Source: an uncultured Verrucomicrobiae bacterium (GTDB lineage: Bacteria > Verrucomicrobiota > Verrucomicrobiia > Chthoniobacterales > UBA10450). Taken from it: a stretch of DNA of 64,000 nucleotides. The notes below the pieces were generated by a model, which was not told the DNA's origin, did no database searches, and saw only the letters and a program-made list of their open reading frames with translations. The position numbers and the translations under genes were made by a program. Numbering within the stretch: the first letter of the stretch is position 1; the number at the start of each line of letters is the position of its first letter. Where the stretch lies: contig CAWIBO010000002.1 of the NCBI GenBank assembly GCA_963834385.1, positions 544,001 to 608,000 on the forward strand, read 5' to 3'. Shown here piece after piece: positions 39,154 through 49,346 of this stretch.

Positions 39154-41781
39154 GTGACTTTTCTGCCCCGCCTTCTCAGCCTTCTGCGCAACCTCGTCCG
39201 CCGCCGCATGGTTGAGCAGGATCTTCACGAGGAGGTGAACTCCTATGTCGAACTGGCGACCGCCGCGAAAATTCGTGACGGGTCTTCGCCCGCGGAAGCG
39301 CGGCGGGAGGCGCTCATGGAAGTCGGCGGCATGGAGCAGGCGAGGGAACAGGTGCGCCAGGCCCGCATGGGATATTTCCTCGAAAACCGCTGGCGTGATC
39401 TGCGCTTCGCCTTTCGCACTCTGAGCCGGGCACCCTTGTTTTCCTTTTCGGTTTTGCTCGTTCTCGGGCTCGGCCTCGGCAGCACGCTCCTCGTCTTCTC
39501 CATCGTAAACTCCCTCCTGCTGCAGGGGCCGCCTTTCCCCCAGGGCGACCGCCTCCAGATGCTTTGGCAGGATCTTCCCCTCGAAAAGCGGGTTTCATTT
39601 TCGCCCCGCGAGTTTCAAATCTGGCGACAGGAAACGCGGGCTTTTGCCAGCCTCGCGGCCCTGACCGGCACCAGCTACACCGTCACCGGCCGCGGCGAGC
39701 CCTACCTCGCTCCCGCGCTCCGGGTCACTCCCTCTTTTTTCTCCACCCTCGGCACGCGGCCTTTCCTCGGACGCGCCTTCTCGGAGGAAGAAGGCAAGCC
39801 CGGCCGCGAACGGGTCGCGCTCGTCAGTTACGCCTTCTGGCGCGACCGGCTTGGAGGGAGTCGTGATGTTCCCGGCACGGAGCTGCTCCTTGATGGCGAG
39901 AGTCACACCATCGTGGGCGTCATGCCGGAGCGGTTCGATTTCCCCGGCCGCCAGACGAGCGTCTGGGTCCCAGCCGTTCTCGAGACGCCGGCCTTTCAGG
40001 AGCATCTCGACGCTCACTTTCTCCGGGTCGTCGGACGTTTACGGCCCGGCGTCACCCCGGAGGAACTCCGGGCCGAAACGGAGTTGCTCGGTTCGAGGGT
40101 AAACGCGCCGGGGGATGACACGGTCAGAAATTTTTATCCGGTCAGTTTGCAAAAAATGATCCTGGGCGATCTCGAGCGGCCGTTGCTCATCCTCCTGGGC
40201 GCGGCCGGGCTGCTCCTGCTGATCGCCTGCGCCAATGTGGCCAATCTCATGCTGGCACGCGCTCACGCGCGGCGGGGCGAAATGGCCCTCCGCAGCGCCC
40301 TTGGCGCCAGCCACGGTCGACTTGTGGGCCAGCTCCTTACCGAGGCCGGCCTGCTCGCTCTGGGTGGAGGAGCGCTCGGTCTGGCTCTCGCCATGGCCGG
40401 CCTTGATCTCCTGCAGTTGTTCTCTGCGACCAATCTTCCCCAGTTGGCCCAGGCGCGCGTGGATGGATGGTGCCTTCTCCTGGCGGCGACCCTTTCCGCC
40501 GGCAGCGCCATTCTTTTTGGGGTGGGTCCGGCCTGGCATCTTCCCGCCAACACTTTCGAGGCGTGCAAGGGCACGACGCGATCCACCACGTCGCGCAGGG
40601 CGGAGCGCACCCGCCAACTTCTTGTTTTTGTGGAAGTCGCGCTCGCCTGCGTGCTGCTGGTTTCCTGCGGGCTGATGCTTCGAAGCTTTCTGGCCCTTCT
40701 CGCAACCAGCCCGGGATTCCAGCCGCGTAATGTCATTACCGCCGAGGTTTACCTGCCCAAGGAGCGCTACGCCGACAGAGCGGCCATGATCGATCTCTAC
40801 CAGAGTTCCCTGGATAAGCTGCGCGCTCTGCCGGCGGCCGGCGCGACGGCACTGGCCACGCATCTCCCTTTCGCGGGCAATAGTTGGGGGAACAGCTTCG
40901 AGGTTGAAGGCCATCCCATCGCGCCCGGCGATCAGCTCAATGCGCAAATCCGCCCGGTCAGCCCCGGCTACTTCAGCACCCTTGGCATTCCTCTCCGGCA
41001 AGGGCGCGATTTTAAGCAGACCGACAAGGAGGAGGCGCCCGGGGTCGCCATTGTTAATCATTCCTTTGCCCAACGCTTTTGGCCGGACCGAGATCCGCTC
41101 GGGCGCCGGATCCGCTACGCCGGGGCCTGGCTCGAGATCGTGGGGATCTCCGGCAACATCAAGCACGCTCAACTGGAAGCGGCGCCGGAGGCGGAAATCT
41201 ACGTGCCCTATCCACAGGTTCCGGCCGACGTGATTGAATTTGTCGGGCGCGGCTTGCATTACATTGTGCGCACGGAAACGCCCGTGGCCCTGGCGCCGTT
41301 GCTCCGCTCCTCTCTGCACACGCTGGATCCCGACATGGTCGTCGAAACCCGCGCGATGGAAACGTTGATTGCCGGCTCCGTGGCCCAGCCGCGTTTTCGC
41401 ACCTGGCTCATCGGGATTGTTTCGGGCTTCGCCCTGCTTCTGGCTTCTCTTGGCGTTTACGGCGTTATCGCTTACCTCGTGACACAACGTTCCCGGGAAA
41501 TTGGCATCCGGATCGCCCTCGGCGCCACCTACGGCAGTGTGGTGCGCCTTCTTCTGGGAAACACCCTGCGCCTGGCGGCCGCGGGGGTGACCGCCGGTCT
41601 TCTGGCCGCTTTCCTTCTCTCCCGCTTCCTCGGTTCCATCCTTTTTGGCATCGCGCCGCATGATCCGCTGACGTTCACCGCGGTACCCGTTTTCCTTCTC
41701 GCGGTGGCTCTCCTCTCGGGATACCTCCCCGCCCGCCGCGCCGCCCGGATCGACCCGGCCCTCTCGCTCCGGTGCGAGTAG
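39154..41781 (+). CDS. ADOP-type duplicated MacB/FtsX ABC permease
   Basis: Permease prefix, RDLRFAFR, LLIACANVANL, QRSREIGIRIALGA, PARRAARIDP..LR.E; follows padR. Confidence 0.92.
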   Translation: MTFLPRLLSLLRNLVRRRMVEQDLHEEVNSYVELATAAKIRDGSSPAEARREALMEVGGMEQAREQVRQARMGYFLENRWRDLRFAFRTLSRAPLFSFSVLLVLGLGLGSTLLVFSIVNSLLLQGPPFPQGDRLQMLWQDLPLEKRVSFSPREFQIWRQETRAFASLAALTGTSYTVTGRGEPYLAPALRVTPSFFSTLGTRPFLGRAFSEEEGKPGRERVALVSYAFWRDRLGGSRDVPGTELLLDGESHTIVGVMPERFDFPGRQTSVWVPAVLETPAFQEHLDAHFLRVVGRLRPGVTPEELRAETELLGSRVNAPGDDTVRNFYPVSLQKMILGDLERPLLILLGAAGLLLLIACANVANLMLARAHARRGEMALRSALGASHGRLVGQLLTEAGLLALGGGALGLALAMAGLDLLQLFSATNLPQLAQARVDGWCLLLAATLSAGSAILFGVGPAWHLPANTFEACKGTTRSTTSRRAERTRQLLVFVEVALACVLLVSCGLMLRSFLALLATSPGFQPRNVITAEVYLPKERYADRAAMIDLYQSSLDKLRALPAAGATALATHLPFAGNSWGNSFEVEGHPIAPGDQLNAQIRPVSPGYFSTLGIPLRQGRDFKQTDKEEAPGVAIVNHSFAQRFWPDRDPLGRRIRYAGAWLEIVGISGNIKHAQLEAAPEAEIYVPYPQVPADVIEFVGRGLHYIVRTETPVALAPLLRSSLHTLDPDMVVETRAMETLIAGSVAQPRFRTWLIGIVSGFALLLASLGVYGVIAYLVTQRSREIGIRIALGATYGSVVRLLLGNTLRLAAAGVTAGLLAAFLLSRFLGSILFGIAPHDPLTFTAVPVFLLAVALLSGYLPARRAARIDPALSLRCE

Positions 41782-41885
41782 TCGTCGGGGCGAGCTGGAG
41801 CAGAGCCGATTTTTTTGTTCCGATCAGATCGCTCCGCTCGTTGAACGTCGCGGAGCGCGGGGCGCGATCGCGCCAACCTCTCCCC

Positions 41886-44102
41886 TTAAAGCTTGAGAGT
41901 CGCCTGCGCTGAGCTGGTTTCGGCCGTGATGCCGCTGAACTTCTTCACCAGCTCGGCCAGCTTGCCGAGGTAGTAGTCGACGTTCTCGTCGCGGTTCTGC
42001 GGGTCAAAATCGCCGGCCAGCCGCGCGGCTTCGTAGGCGGCCACCTTCTTCGGCGTCGCCTTGATGTAATAGCTGACCTGGTCGCCCGGCTTGTAGGCGC
42101 GGCCGCTGGCCAGGGCCAGCTCGTAGGCCGCGGCCCGGTTTCGCGCCGAGCCGGCAATCTTCTGCCGGTATTTCTCCAGCGAATCCTGCAGGGTGTCGGT
42201 TTTCATCAGCATCTCGATCGGCATGCTCCCTTCCCGGATGCGTTTCTCGTAATCCGCCTGCAAGGCCGGGATCTCCCCCGCCTTCCCCTGCATGATCAAC
42301 CGGATCATTTCCTCGAGGAAAACGCGCTGGAACTTTTCCAGGCCGCGCGATTTGAGCGCGCCCCCCTTGATGATGACCTCGCCTTCCTTCGTCAGGAGCG
42401 CGTAATTCTTTGCCTTGTAGCTGAACATGGCCTCGAACTGTTCGTCGAACTCCACCTCGATCCCGGGCGGCAGTTCGCCGGCCAGGCCTTTTTGCAGCGA
42501 CTCGATCGAGCCCTTCCGGCCCGAGGGCGGGACAAAATAGATGCCGTCGGTATCGACCTCGATCACCTGCGCCCCTTCCGCCTCGAGCCAGGCAATCATC
42601 TTCTTAAGCAGGTCGCGCCCGATCTCCGTGACGCGCGCGGCCGCATCGAAATCGGCAAAATGTCCCTGGGCGAAGCCGAGGTAACCGTAAAAGCTGTTGA
42701 TCAGGATCTTGAAGGTGTTTTGCAGCGCGTGGAAATGCTGGCGGCTGCCCTCCTCCTTCGCTTTCTCGGCCTCGCGCATGCTCGCCTTGGCTTCGAGCCT
42801 GAAGGTGCGCAGATCCGTGAGCAGGCTCCGGAACATCTGCAGCCGGTCGCTCGCGGGCAGGCAATCAAACTGGAGCATGATGGACGGGTAAAGGGAGGCG
42901 ATGTCGCAATGCCAGACGTCGCGCGCCACCCCGGTGAAGAACACCGCGGTGTAGCCGCCCTCGAACCCGCGCACCATCGGCATCTCCGGAATGGAATGGC
43001 GCCGGCGCAGATACTCCCGGAGGAATAGGGCGTTGATACGGGTGGCGTTTCCGCGGACGATGACGTCCTGGTAATTGTAGGGAAAAATCTGCGCCTGGAT
43101 GAAATAACTCGGGCTGAGCAGTTCCACCAACGCGCGCGTTTCCCGCACGCCGCAGAAGGCCCGTTCCCGAAAGATCTCTTCACCCTTCCCGTAGGCCCGC
43201 TGCAGTGGCTTCCCTGTCAGCGCCGAGATCTCGGGCGCGGCGCAAAACCCGAAATGCCGAGCCACCTCCGTCCGCTCGAAGCCGGCGAGGGCCCTCATGC
43301 CCACGTCGTAAAAATGCGCCAGGAGGAAGGTGTCAACAAAGTGGCGCCCATCGACCGTGAACTTCGGGTAATCGATCGTCTTCTCCGCGATCTGGAGGCG
43401 CGACGGGCGGGACCGCAAAAAACCGCCGCTGCGGCCCCAGTCGAGCTTGACCTTGGCCTTGCGCGCCCGCGCCACCAGCAACGGCAGATCGAAACGAAAA
43501 AGATCGTGCCCTTCGATGGTGTCCGGGTCGCGCTCCCGGACGATGGCGGTCAGTCGTTTCAAGGCCGCCTTCTCCGATTCTTCCGGGGCCGCGGCCTCGA
43601 TCGTGATCAGCTCCTCCCAACCGGTCTGATCGGAGAGAACGATGGCCGCGAGCGGTTCCTGCGCCGCCACCGCCAGTTCGGTTTCACCGGTGGCGCTGAG
43701 GACGCTGACCTGAAGCCGCTTCAGTTCGGCGAACTCGAGCCCCTTGAATAGGGTGCGCCCGGTCCGGGTGAGATAATGTTGCACCGGATCGCTCAGGGCA
43801 AAGAAGCCGCGGCCGGCCTGCTTCAGGCCATTCCGGAGCGCGATCAGCTCCTTCCAGCTGCCGGCGGAGACGAGCCAGTTATAGCGCAGGTCGCCCTCGA
43901 GCTTCTCCGCCTCCGCCAGGCCGAGGTCGGAGACATCGCCATCGGCCCAGACAAACGGCTGAAACGGCTCGGTTTCCCGCCGGGTCTCGCCCCCGGCGAG
44001 CCGGCGATAAACGTTGATCGTGCCGGTCTCCCCGAGCTCCACCGCCACGATCCGTTCCGCCGGGTCGGCGCCAAAGAGCAGCTTGTTATCCTCGAAAGCC
44101 AC
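41886..44102 (-). CDS. polB: Family B DNA polymerase (Pol II-like)
   Basis: Motif A DIASLYPS, motif B KILINSFYGY, motif C DTDG, KNYA, KSRG. Confidence 0.92.
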   Translation of the reverse strand: MAFEDNKLLFGADPAERIVAVELGETGTINVYRRLAGGETRRETEPFQPFVWADGDVSDLGLAEAEKLEGDLRYNWLVSAGSWKELIALRNGLKQAGRGFFALSDPVQHYLTRTGRTLFKGLEFAELKRLQVSVLSATGETELAVAAQEPLAAIVLSDQTGWEELITIEAAAPEESEKAALKRLTAIVRERDPDTIEGHDLFRFDLPLLVARARKAKVKLDWGRSGGFLRSRPSRLQIAEKTIDYPKFTVDGRHFVDTFLLAHFYDVGMRALAGFERTEVARHFGFCAAPEISALTGKPLQRAYGKGEEIFRERAFCGVRETRALVELLSPSYFIQAQIFPYNYQDVIVRGNATRINALFLREYLRRRHSIPEMPMVRGFEGGYTAVFFTGVARDVWHCDIASLYPSIMLQFDCLPASDRLQMFRSLLTDLRTFRLEAKASMREAEKAKEEGSRQHFHALQNTFKILINSFYGYLGFAQGHFADFDAAARVTEIGRDLLKKMIAWLEAEGAQVIEVDTDGIYFVPPSGRKGSIESLQKGLAGELPPGIEVEFDEQFEAMFSYKAKNYALLTKEGEVIIKGGALKSRGLEKFQRVFLEEMIRLIMQGKAGEIPALQADYEKRIREGSMPIEMLMKTDTLQDSLEKYRQKIAGSARNRAAAYELALASGRAYKPGDQVSYYIKATPKKVAAYEAARLAGDFDPQNRDENVDYYLGKLAELVKKFSGITAETSSAQATLKL

Positions 44103-44189
44103 GCCGCAACTGAAAGCGGATTAGGGCCGCAGGAAAGGCATAAAACTGGGGATTCCCTCGCGCGGCTTCCGCCGTTATGGTGGCGCCCC

Positions 44190-45530
44190 ATGAGCATTCG
44201 CCTTCCTGTCGGCCTTTTCCTGGTTCTTTTTTCCTTCTCCGCCCTGGCCCAGAAACAGAAGCCGCTGATTGAAGCGGAGATGCCGTCGCTCCTTGGCATC
44301 TACAAACATCTGCACGCCAACCCCGAGCTTTCCACGCAGGAAGCCAAAACAGCCGAGCTGATCGCCAAGGAACTTCGCGCGCTCGGGTGCGAAGTGACGG
44401 AGAAGATCGGGAAATACGAGGAGCCCGGACTCACCGGCTACGGCGTCGTGGGCGTGATGAAAAACGGCGCGGGCCCGACCGTGCTCGTGCGGGCCGACAT
44501 GGACGCGCTCCCGATGCCCGAGGAAACCGGGCTTCCCTACGCGAGCAAGGCGACCGGGCAGACGCCTGACGGCAAGACCGCTCCGATCATGCACGCCTGC
44601 GGCCACGATATTCACATGGCCGCCTTCATCGGGACCGCCCGGACCCTGGCGAAGATGAAAGATCAATGGAAAGGGACGCTCCTTTTCGTGGCCCAGCCGG
44701 CGGAGGAAATCGGGGCGGGCGCCAAAGCGATGCTGGCCGACAACCTCTACGGACGTTTCCCGAAGCCCGACTTCGCCCTGGCGTTGCATGACAACGCGGC
44801 GCTCCCGGCCGGCACCATCGGGCTCGCCGAAGGCTACGCCCTGGCCAATGTCGACACGATCAACATCACCGTGCGCGGCATCGGCGGCCATGGGGCCTAC
44901 CCGCACCTGACGAAGGACCCGGTGGTGGTGGCGGCGCAGACGGTGCTTGCACTGCAAACCATCGACAGCCGGGAGGTCAGCCCGCTCGAGCCGGTGGTCG
45001 TGACCGTGGGCTCGATCCATGGCGGCACCAAGCACAACATCATTTCCGACGAGGTGAAATTGCAGCTGACCGTGCGCACCTACAAACCCGAGGTGAGAGC
45101 GCAAACGCTCCAGGCCATCGAGCGCATCACCAAGGGAATCGCCCTGGCCGCCGGCATCCCCGAGGACCGCGCTCCCACCGTGGAACCGGAAAAGGGTCAG
45201 TCCACCGACGCCACTTTCAACGACCCCAAACTGACCCAGCGGCTGATCGAGGTCTGGAAGAAAACCCTTGGCCCCGACAACGTGAAAATGGTTGAGCCGG
45301 TCATGGGCGGTGAAGATTTCAGCGCCTTTAGCCTGGCCGACCACAGCATCCCGGCCTGCATCTTCTGGGTCGGCGCGGTTGACCCGGCCAAATTTGCCGA
45401 GAGCCAAAAACCGGGCGGGCCCGCGCTTCCCAGTCTGCACTCGAGCAAATTCGCGCCGCTCCCGGAGCCGACCATCCGCACCGGAATCATGGCCATGACG
45501 GCCGCGGTCCTCGACCTGGCCGGGAAATAA
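44190..45530 (+). CDS. M20D amidohydrolase
   Basis: H.NPELS.QE, RADMDALP, MHACGHD, QPAEE, GGHG, MGGEDF, LHS. Confidence 0.93.
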   Translation: MSIRLPVGLFLVLFSFSALAQKQKPLIEAEMPSLLGIYKHLHANPELSTQEAKTAELIAKELRALGCEVTEKIGKYEEPGLTGYGVVGVMKNGAGPTVLVRADMDALPMPEETGLPYASKATGQTPDGKTAPIMHACGHDIHMAAFIGTARTLAKMKDQWKGTLLFVAQPAEEIGAGAKAMLADNLYGRFPKPDFALALHDNAALPAGTIGLAEGYALANVDTINITVRGIGGHGAYPHLTKDPVVVAAQTVLALQTIDSREVSPLEPVVVTVGSIHGGTKHNIISDEVKLQLTVRTYKPEVRAQTLQAIERITKGIALAAGIPEDRAPTVEPEKGQSTDATFNDPKLTQRLIEVWKKTLGPDNVKMVEPVMGGEDFSAFSLADHSIPACIFWVGAVDPAKFAESQKPGGPALPSLHSSKFAPLPEPTIRTGIMAMTAAVLDLAGK

Positions 45531-45548
45531 CCGCGCTCGCGCCGGACC

Positions 45549-47021
45549 CTATTTCACCCGCACGTTTTTGCGGAGGAAAGTGGGGACGTCGAGGTCCTGC
45601 CCTTCCACGATGGTGGGCTCGCTTTTCTCAAAGCGGCCCCGGGTGATCGGCTCGAATTGCAGCACTTCCTGTTTCGCCACCACCTTCTTCGCCTCTTTCG
45701 CTGTCACCGGCGCCTGTTCCATAGCCGGCTCTGGCTCTGCCGGCGGGGCCGGCGGGGGCGGCGCGAAAATCTTCGGCGTCATGATCTTCTTTCGCGGCGG
45801 CCGGGCGGGCGCAGCCTCTTCCGGCGGCAGATCGGCCGTAGGCTCGTTCTCGGCTGCGGGTTCCGGCGGGAGGAAGGAATCCGTGGAACACTCGATCACG
45901 TCCGCGGCGGCAGGCTCCATCGGAATAGTCTCGGGAGCCGGCGCCGGCGGCGCCACGGGTTGCTGTTCCCAGATGGGCGGTTCCTTCGGCACCTTGGCCA
46001 GGGCCGGCCGCCAGATCTCGTTAGGTGAGTGCACAATCGTTCCCTCCGCCATGAGCGAACTGATCAGGGTCACGCTCAGGCGATTGCCCATGCGGCTGTC
46101 CACCGCCGTCCCGAAGAGGATCTGGGTGTGCTCGCTCACGTGCCGGTTCAATTCCTGCATCAGGATTTCGACCTCGGAAAGGGTCACGCCCGGGCCGCCG
46201 GCAATCTGCACCAGCAGGGTGGCGGCATTCTCGAGCATGCGCCCCTTGTCCATCAGCGGATTCTTCAAGGCAAGTGCCAGCGCTTCGTGCGCCCGGTTGT
46301 CCGAATCGGATTCGCCGAACCCGAAAAGGCAGCGCCCGTTGGGCGCGCGCAGCGCGGAGAGCAGGTCGTCGAACCCGATCCGGATCAGCCCGGGGCGCTG
46401 GATGAGGTTGACGATTGAGCGCACGCTCTGGCTGATGGTGATATCGGCCGCGGCGAAGGCCTGATGAATGCCGGCCTTGGGCGCGACCATGTCGCCCAGA
46501 CGGTCGTTCTCGAAACAGATGACCGCATCGGACTGCTCGCGCAGGCCGCTGAGGGCGATGGCGGCCTGGGCCGCGCGCCGTTTGCCCTCAAACCCGAAGG
46601 GAAGCGTGGCGAAGGTGACCACGAGCGCTCCCGTTTCCCGCGCGAGTTGCGCGATCACCGGGGCGGCGCCTGAACCGGTGCCGCCGCCGAGCCCCGCGCA
46701 GATGAAGATCATGCGCGCGTCAGTAAGGGCGCGCCGGATTTCCTCGGCGGATTCGTGCGCCGCATTGAACCCCAGCTCAGGATCGCCCCCGGTGCCGAGG
46801 CCGCGCGTGACCGAGCGGCCGAGCTGCACCTTGGTCGCGGCGACCGAGCTTGCCAGCGCCTGCGCGTCGGTGTTCATGACAATGAGATCGGCCCGCTCGA
46901 GGCCGTCGAGCACCACCCGGTCGAGGGCGTTGGAGCCGGCGCCGCCGATGCCGACGACCTTGATCGGGATGGATTCATCGCCCCGCTCGGGGAGACTGTA
47001 GTTTCGGCTGAGTTGGATCAT
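45549..47021 (-). CDS. ftsZ: Cell division protein FtsZ (divergent)
   Basis: GIGGAG.NA, NTD, GLGGGTGSG, PF.FEG..R, C-terminal LDVPTFLRK. Confidence 0.93.
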   Translation of the reverse strand: MIQLSRNYSLPERGDESIPIKVVGIGGAGSNALDRVVLDGLERADLIVMNTDAQALASSVAATKVQLGRSVTRGLGTGGDPELGFNAAHESAEEIRRALTDARMIFICAGLGGGTGSGAAPVIAQLARETGALVVTFATLPFGFEGKRRAAQAAIALSGLREQSDAVICFENDRLGDMVAPKAGIHQAFAAADITISQSVRSIVNLIQRPGLIRIGFDDLLSALRAPNGRCLFGFGESDSDNRAHEALALALKNPLMDKGRMLENAATLLVQIAGGPGVTLSEVEILMQELNRHVSEHTQILFGTAVDSRMGNRLSVTLISSLMAEGTIVHSPNEIWRPALAKVPKEPPIWEQQPVAPPAPAPETIPMEPAAADVIECSTDSFLPPEPAAENEPTADLPPEEAAPARPPRKKIMTPKIFAPPPPAPPAEPEPAMEQAPVTAKEAKKVVAKQEVLQFEPITRGRFEKSEPTIVEGQDLDVPTFLRKNVRVK

Positions 47022-47043
47022 GGTTTGGTTTCTCTTTTCGTTG

Positions 47044-48255
47044 TTAGCGCATGCTACTGAGAAGTCCGCGGATCATCCGGGTCAACCGGCCGCTGCGCGG
47101 ACGGTCGACCTGGACGGCCTGGGCGTATTTGATCAGCCCAATGGCGGCGGAGAACTGGGGGTTCTCGAAAGCGGAGGTCAGACCCGACATGGTCTGGGCG
47201 TGGGAGACCCGCGCGGGCAGGTCAAAAACCTCCCCGGCGAGATGGTCGATCCCGGAAAGATGGCTGCACCCGCCGGTGATGAAGATTCCCTCGCCGATGT
47301 AGTTCAGGAAATTTTCCTCCTCCAGCCGGCGCTTGAGCAGTTCGAAGGTCTCGCGCAGGCGCAGATGGATGATGGTGTTGAGGGTCTCGCGCTCCACCTC
47401 CTTGCCGGCGAAACCGGAGTCGTCCTTCAGGATGACCGTTTCGCCCGGGAGACAGTTGCCGAGGATGGCGCTGCCTTCCTCGAGCTTGAGCTTTTCCGCC
47501 CGCGTCATCGGGATGCGCAGTCCCATGGAAATATCGTTGGTGATATGGTCGCCGCCGACGGCGAGGACGCCGCTCTGCTTCACCGCGCCATCCACATAGA
47601 GGATGTAGTCGGTGGTGCCGCCGCCCATGTCGATGACGAGCGCGCCCAGGTTCTTTTGCTGCTGGGTCAGGACCACCTGCGCGGCCGCCAACGGACTGAA
47701 AACGACGTCCTCGACCTCGAGGGGCAGTTCCTTCACACAACGGATCGTGTTCTGGATGCGCGTGCGCACTCCATGGATGATGTGGAAGTCGGCCTCCAGC
47801 TTTTCGCCGAGCAGACCAACCGGGCTGAGGACGCCTTCCTGCCCATCCACGTGGTAATGCTGGATGATGGAATGGAGAAAGGCGTTCTGGGCCGGGATGC
47901 TGACCTCGCGGGCGTTCAGCTTCACATCCTCGATGTCCTGTTCCTCGATCTCGTCGCGGTCCTCGGGCAGGACCACCGTGCCCCGGTTATTGAAACTCTG
48001 GATATGGGCGCCGGTCAGGCCGATGTAAACGCTCCGGATCATGACGTCGCTCTTCTGTTCGGCGTCCACCACGGCCTCGTGCACGCATTTCATGGCCGTC
48101 TCGAAATCGACGATTTCCCCTTTGCGCACACCCCGTGATGGCGCCTGCCCCACCCCCAGGATCTTGACCGTGCCGTCCGGCCGGCTTTCCCCGACCACGA
48201 CACAAATCTTGGAGGTGCCTATCTCAAGGCCGACCATCAGATCGCTACTCGCCAT
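47044..48255 (-). CDS. ftsA: Cell division protein FtsA
   Basis: GLEIGTSK, GVRKG.IVD, IDMGGGTT, GGDHITNDI, ITGG. Confidence 0.95.
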   Translation of the reverse strand: MASSDLMVGLEIGTSKICVVVGESRPDGTVKILGVGQAPSRGVRKGEIVDFETAMKCVHEAVVDAEQKSDVMIRSVYIGLTGAHIQSFNNRGTVVLPEDRDEIEEQDIEDVKLNAREVSIPAQNAFLHSIIQHYHVDGQEGVLSPVGLLGEKLEADFHIIHGVRTRIQNTIRCVKELPLEVEDVVFSPLAAAQVVLTQQQKNLGALVIDMGGGTTDYILYVDGAVKQSGVLAVGGDHITNDISMGLRIPMTRAEKLKLEEGSAILGNCLPGETVILKDDSGFAGKEVERETLNTIIHLRLRETFELLKRRLEEENFLNYIGEGIFITGGCSHLSGIDHLAGEVFDLPARVSHAQTMSGLTSAFENPQFSAAIGLIKYAQAVQVDRPRSGRLTRMIRGLLSSMR

Positions 48256-48260
48256 TTTTT

Positions 48261-49346
48261 CTATCCTTTCGTTGCTGCGGTTTGACTGGAATGGCCCGGC
48301 GGACCGGCAAATCCGGTTCGTAGCGGGCGGAATTTTTGCTGAGACGGCGGCGGCGTTTGTCCCGCCACGGGAATGGCCTTCATGACCCGCGGCCCGACCG
48401 TGCTCTGGCCGACGGGATCGACCGTGGCGTTGATGACCTCGACCGCGGTCGGGGCAAAGGTGACGGGAATGTTGCGCTGCACCATCAGGTTGACCGTGGC
48501 GATCTCCTGCCGGTTGTCGTCGGCATGCACAAGAAAACGCTCGAGGCGCTCGATCTGCCGCTCGAGCTGGTCGAAACCGAAGGTGATCCTGGAGCCGTTC
48601 CGGTCGGTCACGACCAGGCAGTAACCGCGCGAAAGGTCGATCTGCCGGATCTGGAAACGGGTCTGCATGAAACTGCCCGTGCCCAGGCGCAGAAGCTCGA
48701 GGGCAGCGCGCGCGTCGAAGGAATCAACCACCCGGCCCGCCTCGAGCGCCTGGCTTTTGCAGCCGAGAATGACCGGGAGACCGAGATACTCCGGGAGAAG
48801 TTTCTTTTGCCGCATGAGCACGCCGCGGGCGTCGACCAGGAAGGCGCGCCCGGAAGTGAACGGGTCGGAGAACTCCTGCTCCGAGGTGATCCAGGCGACC
48901 GGTTTGCGCTCGATGATTCGAATGTCGATCTCCCGCGGCATCCGCCGGACCACTTCCACCTCGTCCACCTGCGGCAATTCCTGCAGGCGGTCGTGCACCG
49001 CGGAAAGGTTGACCCGGAAAATGTTGACCCCTTCCTCGAGCGCGGCCGCGCGAAGGATCTGTTCGCGCGCCAGGGTTCCGTCGGTGAAGACCGTGATGGT
49101 CTCGAGCCGGTAATCCGGGTTCTCGAAAAACAGGGTGCGGGCGGCATGGGAACCCCCGAGGTAAAGTCCGCCGCCGAGCGCGAGGAGGAGAACGATCTTC
49201 GAGAGTCCCACCATGATCCGGCGGTTGCGATGCTGGGTCGCGGTGCGCGACCGCACTTTCACCTCGAGAATGTTCTGCTGGCGGCGCTGCCGGCTGTTGG
49301 AAACCCGCTGGTTGCGCACGTTGACCCGCCGGTTGGTCGCTTTCAT
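48261..49346 (-). CDS. ftsQ: Cell division protein FtsQ/DivIB (tail probably frameshifted; true stop may be 48245)
   Basis: Basic N-terminus, single TM, POTRA, V.RRMP...I.I.ER.PVAW, LVD..GV; between ddl and ftsA. Confidence 0.88.
   Translation of the reverse strand: MKATNRRVNVRNQRVSNSRQRRQQNILEVKVRSRTATQHRNRRIMVGLSKIVLLLALGGGLYLGGSHAARTLFFENPDYRLETITVFTDGTLAREQILRAAALEEGVNIFRVNLSAVHDRLQELPQVDEVEVVRRMPREIDIRIIERKPVAWITSEQEFSDPFTSGRAFLVDARGVLMRQKKLLPEYLGLPVILGCKSQALEAGRVVDSFDARAALELLRLGTGSFMQTRFQIRQIDLSRGYCLVVTDRNGSRITFGFDQLERQIERLERFLVHADDNRQEIATVNLMVQRNIPVTFAPTAVEVINATVDPVGQSTVGPRVMKAIPVAGQTPPPSQQKFRPLRTGFAGPPGHSSQTAATKG

Noticed and set aside
41815..41880. Repeat element between the ADOP permease and polB
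   Set aside because: Short CGCTCCGC/GCGGAGCG and GGCGCGATCGCGCC palindromes; single copy, probably a terminator between convergent genes
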